A stretch of DNA of 63,530 nucleotides, the filler included. It is 6 parts of 6 records of this genome, joined end to end, with 100 filler letters (N's around TTAATTAATTAA, not from the genome) between each part and the next. Parts side by side here need not be neighbours in the genome. Positions count along the whole stretch, not along the records: positions 8,699 to 25,832 come from DRR723986_8397; positions 25,933 to 39,088 come from DRR723986_8400; 4 more parts are not named here. The stretch is one strand, 5' to 3'. This document shows, one piece after another, positions 19,301 through 28,654 of this stretch (position 1 is its first letter; each line of letters begins with the position of its first letter). The position numbers and the translations under genes were made by a program. The notes under the pieces were generated by a model. It was not told the DNA's origin. It searched no databases and saw only the letters and a list, made by a program, of their open reading frames with translations.

Positions 19301-22300
19301 CCGTTTGCCCCCACGGATCGCGGAAACACGGTTGGCGGGGTCTGACAGCATCTCTTCCAGCACCGGCGCGGGGTCGGGCGTGTCCACGTCCAGCACCGCG
19401 ACAGTCACGGAGGGGAATTCACGCGGGATCACCCGAGCCGGGCCCATGATGGTGGATTTCGACGGGTATGGCAGCGCCTCGGCCCTGACCTGCGCGGCAC
19501 CGTTGGTCACCACGTCGATATGGAGCCTCCCGGTGCCCTCATCGGCCCAGGCCTGCGCAAGGTAGAACAGCGACCAGAACCCCTGTTCCTGCATCCGGTG
19601 GAAAAAGCTCGAACCCGGACGGTGATGTTCACCCTCGGTCAGCAGCCACAGATGCGCGATCCGGGTGGGCAAGCGCCCGTCCTCGGCCAGGGCGCGCAAC
19701 AACTGGTCATAGCCCTCTCGTCCCCGTTCGGGCGGCAGGACGAACCCGGACTTCGTGCGTGCGAAGGCATCGCCGGGGTGAACCAGCGTCACGGACTGAC
19801 CCGCGCCGGACAAACGGTCCGCCAGAGTTTTCGCGACACCGGCCTCATCCGCGAAGATCAGCCAGCTTTCCTGCGCAGCGTCGGACAGATCGCCCGCAAG
19901 GTCCACCTCGCAGGGCGCATAGGTTGGCCGCCAAACCGGTTTCCAGCCCCATTGCGCGCTGTCTTCCTCGCGCATCAGCCAATCCGTGTCAGGCGCGGCC
20001 TGCGGTTCGGCGCGCTCGATGAAATAGGGGGATTTCTGGAACGCATAGGTCGGCAGGACAACGCGGTTTCTGCGCGCCTCGCCCCAATACTGGCCCCAGT
20101 CAAAGCTGCCTCCCACGGCCCAGATCCTTCCGAGCGTGGCCAGGAAATAGGCGTCATCCGCCGTCGAATCGTCAGGATGACGAAGCGAGTTGATCACCTG
20201 GTTGGCGTCGATGGCCGGATGCTGACCGGCAAGCGAGGTCAGCGCCTTGCCGGGGCCGACCTCCAAATAGACGCGGGACGGGGTTTCCGCCAGCGTTGCC
20301 AGCCCGTCGGCAAAGCGAACCGCGCCACGCAGGTGGCCCACCCAGTAATCGGGGCTTGTCGCCTCGGCATCGGTCAGGATCTCGCCGGAACGGTTGGAGA
20401 TGATCGGAATTTCGGGGGCGTGCAGTTCAATCCCGCGCAGGTAGTCGCCAAAGCGGTCCAGGATCGGGTCGAGCAGCCGGGAATGGGCGGCGATGTTGAT
20501 GGCAATGCGTTGGCAATGGATATCCTCGGCCTTTAGGCGATCCGCCAACCGGTCCAGCGCCGCATCGGGGCCGGAGGCGACTGTCAGCTCGGGGCCATTG
20601 ACCACGGCGAGGTCGAGAGTGTCGCCCAGATAGGGGGCCAATGCCTCTGACGACAGCGCCACGGACAGCATCCCCCCCGGTTCCACCGAATCCATCAACT
20701 GCCCGCGCAGATGCACCAGCCCGATACAATCCTCGAACGACATCACACCGGCCAGACAGGCAGCGGTGTTTTCGCCCATGGAATGGCCAATCAGCGTCTT
20801 GGGCGTGACGCCCCAGCTCATCCACAGCTGCGCCAGCGCGTATTCCACGATCATGATCAGCGGCAGCTGGATGGAGGGTGTTTTGAGCCGCTCGTTCGCG
20901 GCCTTCTCGTCTCCCGGCTCCGGCAGCCACTGCGCCCGAATGTCGAAGTCGAGCTTGGGTTCCAGAACCTCGAGCCCGCGATCCATCCAGTCGGCAAAGA
21001 CCGGTTCAGTTTCATAGAGATCACGCGCCATGCCCGCGTATTGCGCGCCGCCACCGGGGAACATGAAGGTGATTTCGGGCGCGTCGCTGACGACCGTGTG
21101 GGTGAACACCCGGCGCGGATCGTTTTCACGAAGCGCTGCGGCGGCATCCTCGGGCGTTTCGGCCACGACCACCCGACGGCGTTCAAAGGCGCGGCGACCT
21201 TCCTTGAGGGTCCATGCCACGTCTGCAAGATCATCGCCGGAACTGGTCTCCAGATGGGTCGCCAGCAGTTCCGCGTTGCCCTCCAGCGCCGATTTGCTGC
21301 GCGCCGACAGACACAGCAACTGGAACGGCCAGTCGGATTGTTCACTTTCTGCGCGTTCGGGCGCTTCTTCCAGCACCACATGCGCATTTGTTCCGCCCAC
21401 GCCGAGCGAATTGACCCCGGCGCGTGCCGGGTGATCCCTGCGGGGCCAGTCGGTCAGGCGGTCATTCACCACGAAGGGGGATCCGTCGAACCCAATCGCC
21501 GGGTTCGGCTTTTCATAGCCAAGCGAGGGCGGGATCTGTTTGTGATAGAGCGCCATCGACGCCTTGATCAGGCTGGCCACCCCGGCGGCCGTATCGAGAT
21601 GCCCGATATTGGTTTTCACGGACCCGATCCGGCAGGTGCCCACGGCGTTCGTCGTCTTGCGGAAAGCATCGGTCAGGGCGGCAACCTCGATCGGGTCGCC
21701 CAGATAGGTGCCGGTGCCGTGGCATTCGACATAGTCCACCGTTTCGGCACTGATCCCCGCCAGCGCCTGCGCCTCTGCAATCGCCTGCGCCTGCCCGCCA
21801 ACCGAGGGCGCCAGGTATCCCGCCTTGTCCGCGCCATCATTGTTGATCGCAGAGCCCTTGATTATGGCCCAAATATGGTCGCCGTCGGCAATCGCATCCG
21901 CCGCCCGGCGCAGCACAACGCAGCCCGCGCCAGACCCGAAAACCGTGCCCTCGGCCCTGTGATCGAAGGCGTGGCACTGACCGTCGGGCGACAGGATTTC
22001 CCCCTCTTTGAACAGATAGCCACGCGCGTGCGGCAACTCGATGGTGACACCGCCCGCCAGCGCCATGTCGCATTCACCCATCAACAGCGCCTGCGCCGCA
22101 TAATGGGTCGCCACAAGCGAGGTAGAACAGGCCGTCTGCATGTTGATCGAGGGGCCACGCAGATCGAAGATATGGCTGACGCGGGTGGCCATGAAATCCT
22201 TGTCGTTGCCGGTATGGCGCAACAGGAACATGCCGGTCTGATCCACCAGATCGCGGTTGGAACAGACGTTGAAATAGAAATAGCTGCCCATGCCGCAGCC

Positions 22301-22684
22301 CGCGTAAACCCCTATATTTCCATCGAAATTGTCGGGTACATGCCCCGCCTGTTCCATCGCTTCCCAGGCCACTTCAAGGAAGTGACGGTGCTGCGGATCC
22401 ATGATCGCGGCTTCTTTAGGTGACAGCCCGAAAAAGTCGGCGTCGAACCGTTCGAACCCGTCCAGAACGGCGGCGGCGGGCACGTAGTCGGGTCGGTCGA
22501 TCAGATGCGGGGCCTCGCCCGCGGCCAGCAGATCCTCGCGGTTCAGCCTGCGGATGGATTCGATTCCGTCGCGCAGGTTCTGCCAATAGGTCTGCACGTC
22601 CTCCGCCCCCGGAAGATGCGCGGCCATGCCAACGATGGCGATATCGTTTTCCCCGATCTCGGGGCTCGTGTCTGCTCGGGTCAT
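16331..22684 (-). CDS. Type I polyketide synthase, KS-AT-KR(DH)-ACP-TE
   Basis: TACSTS, HGTGT and KTNIGH (KS); GHSMG and AAHS (AT); TGGYGGIG and YVAAN (KR); HRTRAGDALLP (DH); GGHSL (ACP); GFSGG and GDHDSM (TE). The start could instead be 22750. Confidence 0.93.
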   Translation of the reverse strand: MTRADTSPEIGENDIAIVGMAAHLPGAEDVQTYWQNLRDGIESIRRLNREDLLAAGEAPHLIDRPDYVPAAAVLDGFERFDADFFGLSPKEAAIMDPQHRHFLEVAWEAMEQAGHVPDNFDGNIGVYAGCGMGSYFYFNVCSNRDLVDQTGMFLLRHTGNDKDFMATRVSHIFDLRGPSINMQTACSTSLVATHYAAQALLMGECDMALAGGVTIELPHARGYLFKEGEILSPDGQCHAFDHRAEGTVFGSGAGCVVLRRAADAIADGDHIWAIIKGSAINNDGADKAGYLAPSVGGQAQAIAEAQALAGISAETVDYVECHGTGTYLGDPIEVAALTDAFRKTTNAVGTCRIGSVKTNIGHLDTAAGVASLIKASMALYHKQIPPSLGYEKPNPAIGFDGSPFVVNDRLTDWPRRDHPARAGVNSLGVGGTNAHVVLEEAPERAESEQSDWPFQLLCLSARSKSALEGNAELLATHLETSSGDDLADVAWTLKEGRRAFERRRVVVAETPEDAAAALRENDPRRVFTHTVVSDAPEITFMFPGGGAQYAGMARDLYETEPVFADWMDRGLEVLEPKLDFDIRAQWLPEPGDEKAANERLKTPSIQLPLIMIVEYALAQLWMSWGVTPKTLIGHSMGENTAACLAGVMSFEDCIGLVHLRGQLMDSVEPGGMLSVALSSEALAPYLGDTLDLAVVNGPELTVASGPDAALDRLADRLKAEDIHCQRIAINIAAHSRLLDPILDRFGDYLRGIELHAPEIPIISNRSGEILTDAEATSPDYWVGHLRGAVRFADGLATLAETPSRVYLEVGPGKALTSLAGQHPAIDANQVINSLRHPDDSTADDAYFLATLGRIWAVGGSFDWGQYWGEARRNRVVLPTYAFQKSPYFIERAEPQAAPDTDWLMREEDSAQWGWKPVWRPTYAPCEVDLAGDLSDAAQESWLIFADEAGVAKTLADRLSGAGQSVTLVHPGDAFARTKSGFVLPPERGREGYDQLLRALAEDGRLPTRIAHLWLLTEGEHHRPGSSFFHRMQEQGFWSLFYLAQAWADEGTGRLHIDVVTNGAAQVRAEALPYPSKSTIMGPARVIPREFPSVTVAVLDVDTPDPAPVLEEMLSDPANRVSAIRGGKRFEQGWKRTDLPDADTLHIREGATVLLTGGYGGIGTSVAEELIRRHKARIVLVSRTGLPPRDRWNSLLANAAPTDRTAARIRAVQRLEAAGGEVLPLAADVSNIEDMRAAVAEAEAHFGKIARVIHAAGVIDDAPILAKAPGSIEEVFTPKIHGTQVLDTLFPDGSLDWMVLFSSSSTATAPAGQVDYVAANEYLNAFAKARAGGATRVRAIDWGIWSGVGMAAEAMQAREAEPPAPMPVSLPLLDAAGFDADGNRRFEAAWRPESRWVLDQHRTRAGDALLPGTGYLELVAEALDGQGEDRPFEIRDLWFLRPLRTEDRQTTRIRLTLPRSDQGYGFRVESAPEGAGWDVNAEADIRLLPMDPPARLDIPALETRMGEPARAEAGQWLTSPQEAHLQFGPNWRVLRETRMGTGEGLARLALDGHDPRWRLSPGLMDLATGWAMKLIEGYDAQALWVPVNYASVKVFQALPAEIVSYIRNAADNRAGDQTACFDITLGAPDGTVCVEIAGFTIRRLVGDIAFAAAPAQKAETDGPRPLSPAEERLRHNIAQGIRPEEGAEAFLKALASPLPQVLISSLNLDALIAQAGTETEEAQASQGFERPDLDSDFVDPDGPIEETLAGFWRDLLGVAQVGAEDSFFDLGGHSLIAVRLFAMIKKTWAVEFPISVLFEAPTIRKIAALIADQGISTDAEENTPKRDDPVRRFTHLVPMHQGEGGPKTPFFLVAGMFGNVLNLRHLAHLLGHDRPFYGMQAKGLFGDDDPHRSVKEAARDYIAEIRQVQPRGPYMLGGFSGGGITAYEIAQQLTEAGEEVAALVMLDTPLPQRRELSRADRIAIQMQELKAGGFTYPFKWLARRIRWEIAKRRQNVDDDGDSPVFHNAAIEAAFLASVAGYHLQPWQGPLTLFRPPLVGKWRLGGGRLVNSERAYVTPDNDWTEWAPDLLVFEVPGDHDSMVLEPNVRVLAARMGKVIEAADRAHQVAQAWEGSHAAE

Positions 22685-22905
22685 GACAGCTTTTGTCCAG
22701 CTTTTTTCGCATGTTGATTGCTTGTCAGACTGCCCCCCCATCTTGGTCATATTAGGGCGAAGGCGCGGATCGGCTGTGAAAAATGAAGAGAGCCTGCGAC
22801 GACCGGCGTCACGCTGCGCCGGAATGTCCGGCCTTCGCGTCTTACGCACCTTTTCATCGGCCCCGAATCTTCTATGGTGGAGCCATCTGGACTGGGATGC
22901 TGCGG

Positions 22906-23394
22906 ATGACTGACGAACCTTCCGAATCCATTGCCTATGGGCGCCTGATGCACCGCGCGATGCGGGGCCTTATTCAGACCGTTCTGGAAGGCGTGGCGGA
23001 AACCGGCCTGCCGGGTGAACATCACTTCTTCATCACCTTCGACACCCGTCACCCCGATGTGGATATCGCCCCCTGGCTGCATGATCGCTATCCGGGCGAA
23101 ATGACCATTGTCATTCAGCACTGGTTCGACGATCTGCGGGTGGATGATGACGGGTTCTGGGTCACGCTGAATTTCGGCGACAGCCCCGAACCGCTGCGCA
23201 TCCCCTTTGATTCCATTCTGACCTTCGTCGATCCCTCGGTCGAGTTTGGGCTTCGGTTCGAGACCCAGGTCGTAGAAGACCCCGACGATGAACCGCCCGG
23301 TGATGACGGGGACGATGCCGAAAACGGGTCGATCGACCAGCCGCATCACGATGCCGAGGTCGTTCGGCTGGATACGTTCCGCAAGAACCACTGA
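22906..23394 (+). CDS. sspB: ClpXP adaptor SspB, alphaproteobacterial type
   Basis: LPGEHHFFITF, YPGEMTIVIQH, FVDPSVEFGLRF and C-terminal VVRLDTFRK. Confidence 0.9.
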   Translation: MTDEPSESIAYGRLMHRAMRGLIQTVLEGVAETGLPGEHHFFITFDTRHPDVDIAPWLHDRYPGEMTIVIQHWFDDLRVDDDGFWVTLNFGDSPEPLRIPFDSILTFVDPSVEFGLRFETQVVEDPDDEPPGDDGDDAENGSIDQPHHDAEVVRLDTFRKNH

Positions 23395-23493
23395 CAGGAT
23401 CTATGACGCTTTCACGACGCGCGTCCTTGTCCCTTGCGCGGGGACGCAGGGCGTGGCTTATGACGCGGGACAACGCGATTTTGAGGAAGCATT

Positions 23494-24054
23494 ATGTCCG
23501 GCGATCTTGGTCTGTTCATCACCCAGCTTTTGAAGAAACCCCATCAGGTGGTGGCGCTTGCGCCCTCGTCGCGTGCCCTGTCGGCGGAAATGGCGGCAAC
23601 GCTCGATCCGGCTGGTGGCCCGGTGATCGAGCTTGGCGCGGGCACGGGCCGGATCACGCAGGCGATCATTGATCGGGGGGTTCCGGTCGAGATGATCCAC
23701 TCGATCGAGATGAACCCGGTATTCTGCGACCGTCTGCGGGCCGATTTTCCGGGGCTGAATGTCTACCAGATGTCGGCGGGCGATGTTGGTGATCTGCCGG
23801 TCGAGGGCGCGCAGGCTGTGGTGTCTGGCCTGCCGCTTCTGTCGATGCCATATGATTTGCAGAACGCCATCCTCGGCGGGACATTCAAGCAGGTGGGACC
23901 GACCGGCAGCTATATTCAGTTCACCTATGGCCCCAAGCCACCAGTCAAGGCCGAGATCCGAGACGCCATGGGCCTGACCTGGACCACCAGCCGCAAGATC
24001 TGGGGCAACCTGCCCCCCGCACGCGTCTACCGCTTCGCCTGTCCCAACGTGTGA
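23494..24054 (+). CDS. pmtA: Phospholipid N-methyltransferase-like SAM-dependent methyltransferase
   Basis: APSS..L, VIELGAGTG, SGLPL, QFTY and NLPPA motifs. Confidence 0.75.
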   Translation: MSGDLGLFITQLLKKPHQVVALAPSSRALSAEMAATLDPAGGPVIELGAGTGRITQAIIDRGVPVEMIHSIEMNPVFCDRLRADFPGLNVYQMSAGDVGDLPVEGAQAVVSGLPLLSMPYDLQNAILGGTFKQVGPTGSYIQFTYGPKPPVKAEIRDAMGLTWTTSRKIWGNLPPARVYRFACPNV

Positions 24055-24183
24055 TCCGGGCGGGAAATTCCTTGCAAGGAATTTGAAAGGATCTTCGAAG
24101 ATCCTTCCCCGCGCCCGTCTTGCATGTGGTTGTACAGCGACGGCGCTACTCTTAGCATTCCTCTGATCAGCACGAGGGCGCGA

Positions 24184-24882
24184 ATGATGAGGAAAACAAT
24201 ACTGGTCACCGGAGGCGCGCGCGGGATAGGCAAGGCCATTGCGGCGGAATTTTCTGCGGATCACAACCTTGCCATCACCTGGCTTTCCTCCTCCCCCGTG
24301 GATCTTTCATCCTCTGTGCTGGCCGTGCAAAGCGATCTGACACAGCCCCGGGCGGCACAGGGAGTGATCGACGCGGTGATCGACCGGTTCGGACGGCTCG
24401 ATGTCATCGTCAACAACGCAGGTCAGGTCGCGTCTTCGCCGGTTGAAACACATGACGCCCCTGCCTTGCGCCATATCCTCGACGTGAATCTGCTGGCTCC
24501 GGACGCTCTCCTGACTGCCGCCCTGCCGCATCTTCAGCCCGGCGCGACCATTGTGAACATCTCGTCCGTCAATGCGGTGCTGCCGCCCATGGGGGCCGCG
24601 ATCTATGGGGCCAGCAAGGCGGCCCTGAACCTGTGGACCCGTGGGATGGCGAAAGAACTCGGTCCGCGCGGCATTCGCGTCAATGCCGTCGCGCCCGGCG
24701 CCGTGAACATCCCGGAAGAACCGCGCCCCGACGATCTGACGGCCCTTTTCGTGGAACAAACCGCGCTTGGCAAACTGGCGGAGGCCGCGGATATCGCGCA
24801 GGCGGTGCGGTTTTTGGCAAGTGATGCAGCGCGCGCCATCACCGGCGAGGTTCTGACTGTCTCAGGCGGCTACCGACTATAG
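24184..24882 (+). CDS. SDR family oxidoreductase
   Basis: TGGARGIG, NNAG and YGASK motifs. Confidence 0.92.
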   Translation: MMRKTILVTGGARGIGKAIAAEFSADHNLAITWLSSSPVDLSSSVLAVQSDLTQPRAAQGVIDAVIDRFGRLDVIVNNAGQVASSPVETHDAPALRHILDVNLLAPDALLTAALPHLQPGATIVNISSVNAVLPPMGAAIYGASKAALNLWTRGMAKELGPRGIRVNAVAPGAVNIPEEPRPDDLTALFVEQTALGKLAEAADIAQAVRFLASDAARAITGEVLTVSGGYRL

Positions 24883-24910
24883 ATTACATAAGCTAATCGA
24901 GACGCGCTGC

Positions 24911-25357
24911 TCAGAAATTTTCCGAGACTTTTCTGGCGCCACAACCGGTACAGACATAATGCGCGCGCGGGTATGTTTTATCAGCCCCGGTATGGGTCAA
25001 CCGCCAACTATGCTGGTGTCCGCTTCCCGACAAATCTGGACGTCTTTTAATTGTTTTGGACGGTTTCTGTTGCGAATCCAGATCACACATGAAGATCCCA
25101 GCCGGCCTAGAATAGACTCGACGGGTCCATGTTTCATCACCGCTGAATTTCGATCCAGAGATAGATGTCCATGCTTTCCCCTTCCCGTTGCACATACTGC
25201 ACTTGATCGCCCTGCCGCCGTCAGGAATGATTTTTCCGGTGTCATCCAACACGCTCCGATGGCCCGTTCCGAGGCATGAGCCGCACCAAGTGACCACACG
25301 ACCTCCACCGCCAGCGAAGTATTCCTTCTGACCAATTGTCAAACTCCAAAAACCCAT
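24911..25357 (-). CDS. Orphan 148-aa zinc-ribbon protein
   Basis: AAGGAG SD at 25365-25370; CGSCLGTG, CSMCNGKG and CTGCG motifs. Confidence 0.6.
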   Translation of the reverse strand: MGFWSLTIGQKEYFAGGGGRVVTWCGSCLGTGHRSVLDDTGKIIPDGGRAIKCSMCNGKGKAWTSISGSKFSGDETWTRRVYSRPAGIFMCDLDSQQKPSKTIKRRPDLSGSGHQHSWRLTHTGADKTYPRAHYVCTGCGARKVSENF

Positions 25358-25557
25358 GACCCTACTCCTTTTTGCCATTCTTCGCGAAAATAGTCGGGAA
25401 ATCCGAAGACGACTAGACAACAAGCAGAAGAGGTTACTGATCGGAGCAGACGCCTCAATGACTGCGGCTGTTTGCGCCAACATCGCGCGGCGATGATTGC
25501 CCCCGTGTCGCTTGCGCCTTATAGCCTGTCGCAACCCGTTTTGCAGGAGGCCAATCC

Positions 25558-25832
25558 ATGACCGCAACCCGCACCGAGACCGACAGCTTCGGACCTCTGG
25601 AAGTTCCCACCGACAAGTACTGGGGGGCGCAGACGCAACGCTCCATCATGAACTTCCCCATTGGCTGGGAAAAGCAGCCCGTCGCCATCGTGCGCGCCCT
25701 TGGGGTGATCAAGCAGGCCTGCGCAATGCGCAACAAGGAAACCGGGGCGCTCGATGCGCGGCTGGCGGATGCCATCATTCAGGCGGCTGGCGAAGTCATC
25801 GAGGGCAAGTTCGACGACAACTTCCCGCTCGT
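25558..25832 (+). CDS. fumC: Fumarate hydratase class II, N-terminal fragment
   Basis: [32 protein letters not shown]. Confidence 0.95.
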
Positions 25833-25932
25833 NNNNNNNNNNNNNNNNNNNNNNNNNNNNNNNNNNNNNNNNNNNNTTAATTAATTAANNNNNNNNNNNN
25901 NNNNNNNNNNNNNNNNNNNNNNNNNNNNNNNN
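25833..25932. other. Artificial contig spacer
   Basis: N-run with TTAATTAATTAA. Confidence 0.99.
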
Positions 25933-26490
25933 CAGGTGGTTGGTGGGCTCATCCAGCAACAGTACGTCGGGGTCAGAAAACAGAGCCTGTGCCAGCAGCA
26001 CACGCAGTTTCCAGCCCGGCGCCAGAGCACTCATGGGGCCGTTGTGCTGCTCCAGAGGAATATCCAGGCCCAGCAGCAACTCACCGGCTCGGGATTCCGC
26101 GGTGTAGCCATCCATTTCGGCAAACTGCACCTCCAGGTCTGCCACGGCCATACCGTCTTCCTCACTCATCTCTGGCAGCGAATAAATGCGGTCCCGCTCT
26201 TTTTTCACATTCCAGAGTTCTTCGTGGCCCATAATCACAGTGTCCATCACTGAGCACTGTTCATAGGCAAACTGATCCTGACGGAGCTTACCCAGCCGGG
26301 TATTCGGTTCCAGCATGACCTGGCCCGCCGATGGCTCCAGATCACCACCCAGAATTTTCATCAGGGTGGATTTACCACAACCATTCGCCCCGATCAGGCC
26401 GTAACGGTTGCCGTTGCCAAATTTGGCCGACACATTTTCAAACAGGGGCCTGGCCCCGAACTGCATGGTGAGATTGGCGGTGGAGATCAA
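25933..26490 (-). CDS. ybiT: ABC-F family ATPase (YbiT-like), N-terminal fragment
   Basis: TTG start giving (M)[27 protein letters not shown] and [10 protein letters not shown] motifs. Confidence 0.85.
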
Positions 26491-26670
26491 GAAACAAACC
26501 TGTCGAAGTAGAGGCCGACGAGAGCCGGCGAAAAGAAAGCCGGCATTGTACAGGTTTGCACCAGAGACTGTGAGGCCGCAGAAACACGGACAAAAACCAC
26601 TTGCCTCAGGGCGCCGCTGCGGGCAGCATTCCGGTCTGTGTTCCATTCACCCAACGACAGGAAATTGATC

Positions 26671-26949
26671 ATGGCACAAGCAACCGCACGCCACATTCTG
26701 GTAGACAGTGAAGCCAAGTGTGAGGAACTGAAGAAAGCTATCGAAGGTGGCCAGGATTTCGCCGAAGTCGCCAAGCAGCACTCATCCTGCCCTTCCGGCC
26801 GTAACGGCGGCGACCTGGGTTCTTTCGGGCCGGGCCAGATGGTTCCGGAGTTCGACAAAGCCGTTTTCAACAGCGAGCTCAATACTGTGATCGGCCCCAT
26901 CAAGACCCAGTTTGGCTACCACCTGCTGGAAGTCACCAGCCGCAGCTGA
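26671..26949 (+). CDS. ppiC: Parvulin-type peptidyl-prolyl isomerase
   Basis: ARHILV, HSSCPSG..GGDLG and TQFGYH motifs. Confidence 0.93.
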   Translation: MAQATARHILVDSEAKCEELKKAIEGGQDFAEVAKQHSSCPSGRNGGDLGSFGPGQMVPEFDKAVFNSELNTVIGPIKTQFGYHLLEVTSRS

Positions 26950-26962
26950 TCCGATGATCGGC

Positions 26963-26998
26963 CCGGCCGGTGTTCGGAATATCTCCGACGCCGGCCGG
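26963..26998. terminator. GC-rich hairpin between convergent genes
   Basis: CCGGCCGG...CCGGCCGG stem, no U-tract. Confidence 0.45.
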
Positions 26999-27006
26999 AG
27001 TGCGTC

Positions 27007-27834
27007 CTATTCCGACCCCGCCGGCGGTGCCATAAACCTCGATATCTGCCGTCCTATGCTTTCCACCGGCTCCATGATCGCCTGCTGAATACTGCTGGTC
27101 ACAACCTGAGAAAACTGCTTACCAGCGGGGCTTTCGAGGAACTCCAGGTACAGTGCCAGCTCCTGGGCGCTCATCTTGTCGTAGGTATAAAGATAGCTGT
27201 CGTAGACCTGCTGGCCAACCACACCCCGAAGCATTCCTCGCTGGTTTTCGATACGGCGCTCCAACTGCTCGTAGTGCATTGATTCGCTGCTGAGCGCCGA
27301 CATGGCAGTGGCCAACCCCAACTGAACAGCAATGGTGGTATCCACCGCGCTTTCGGTTGCCCGGGCGGCCCGGTCGAATCGATCGAACATCTCGGCTTTG
27401 GGAGTGCCTTTGTACTTTCGATTCAATTCCGGCGCGCTGGCCTGTATCTGCGGCCAGGCTTCCGGCGCCGAGGCGGCAATCTCTGCGCTCGAAATTTTTC
27501 GGGCGACGGGTGTCCGGTACCACTCACTTACCGCCTGAAGCTGTTCGTCCGTGAGCTGTGCTTGCAGATCGGTAATGATCTGCTGCTCAATTTTGTCGGC
27601 GCTGAAACTGCTGCTCACAACATAGCCAACGGTATCCGCCACCATGGGCGGCACCTGACCGCGTTGTTTCAGCCCTTCCCGAATACCCTGGCTTAGCATC
27701 GCCGGGTATTGCTCAACAATGTCGTCAATCGGGGAGGCTTCGAGCACGCTGGCGGCATCCGGGGCCGCCTGAGCTGAGCCCACGCCAAGCATGGCAACGA
27801 CTAAAACAGGTTTAACTAGGGCCAATCGCTTCAT
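27007..27834 (-). CDS. Secreted DUF2059-like protein
   Basis: Signal peptide; repeated L..WYRTPVARK and L.FLESPAGK motifs. Confidence 0.6.
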   Translation of the reverse strand: MKRLALVKPVLVVAMLGVGSAQAAPDAASVLEASPIDDIVEQYPAMLSQGIREGLKQRGQVPPMVADTVGYVVSSSFSADKIEQQIITDLQAQLTDEQLQAVSEWYRTPVARKISSAEIAASAPEAWPQIQASAPELNRKYKGTPKAEMFDRFDRAARATESAVDTTIAVQLGLATAMSALSSESMHYEQLERRIENQRGMLRGVVGQQVYDSYLYTYDKMSAQELALYLEFLESPAGKQFSQVVTSSIQQAIMEPVESIGRQISRFMAPPAGSE

Positions 27835-27858
27835 TTACCTATCATCCTGACTAATGCA

Positions 27859-28653
27859 ATGACTCTCTTATGCCATGGGCCCAAGGCTGGCAGCAAGCAA
27901 TCCAGGGGTTCAGGAGATGACAGTTTGGTAGGAATACGCAACAGGTCAGGCCGAAAGAAAAAGAGCCGCCATAAGGCTGAAAAAGCACGCTGGCTTCGCC
28001 TGGCCAAATGGTATGGGCCACCGGTGGCCGGCCTACTGATCGGGATCTGGGCCACGCTCCGCTTCAGCCTGCTGGCTCCGGATCCCCCGGCGAGACCGGA
28101 AAACCTTTGCGACATTTTCCGGGAGCATCCGGTCTGGTACGACTATGCCAGCGCGTCACAACAACGTTGGGGAACCCCCATTGCCACCCAGATGGCCTTT
28201 GTCTATTACGAATCATCGTTTCGAAGCCATGCCAGACCACCGCGTACCCGGCTATGGGGTCTGATTCCGTGGGCAAGACCAACCACAGCCTTCGGATACG
28301 CCCAGGCCCTTGATCCAGCCTGGCAGGAATACCTGGCAGCAAACGATGGTGACTGGCTGACGGTGCGCAGCGATATGCAGTATGCCCTGGATTTCGTCGG
28401 CTGGTATAACCGCCTGAGCCACCAGCAACTGGGTATCCCCTATACCGCCCCGAGGGAACTGTACCTGGCCTACCATGAAGGCAGAACCGGCTATGCCCGG
28501 CGCTCCTTCGACCGCAAGCCGCAGCTTCAGGCCCTGGCCAGCCGGGTCCGGGCCAGGGCTTACCGCTACCACAACCAGTTGCAGCAGTGCGAAGCGGAGT
28601 TCCAGTGCTGGCGCTGGTACCAGTTCTGGCCGTTCTGCTCGGCTGAAGACTGA
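27859..28653 (+). CDS. Membrane-anchored lysozyme-like/SLT transglycosylase
   Basis: NLCDIF, YESSF, AFGYAQA and LYLAYHEG motifs; start uncertain. Confidence 0.7.
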   Translation: MTLLCHGPKAGSKQSRGSGDDSLVGIRNRSGRKKKSRHKAEKARWLRLAKWYGPPVAGLLIGIWATLRFSLLAPDPPARPENLCDIFREHPVWYDYASASQQRWGTPIATQMAFVYYESSFRSHARPPRTRLWGLIPWARPTTAFGYAQALDPAWQEYLAANDGDWLTVRSDMQYALDFVGWYNRLSHQQLGIPYTAPRELYLAYHEGRTGYARRSFDRKPQLQALASRVRARAYRYHNQLQQCEAEFQCWRWYQFWPFCSAED

Positions 28654-28654
28654 G

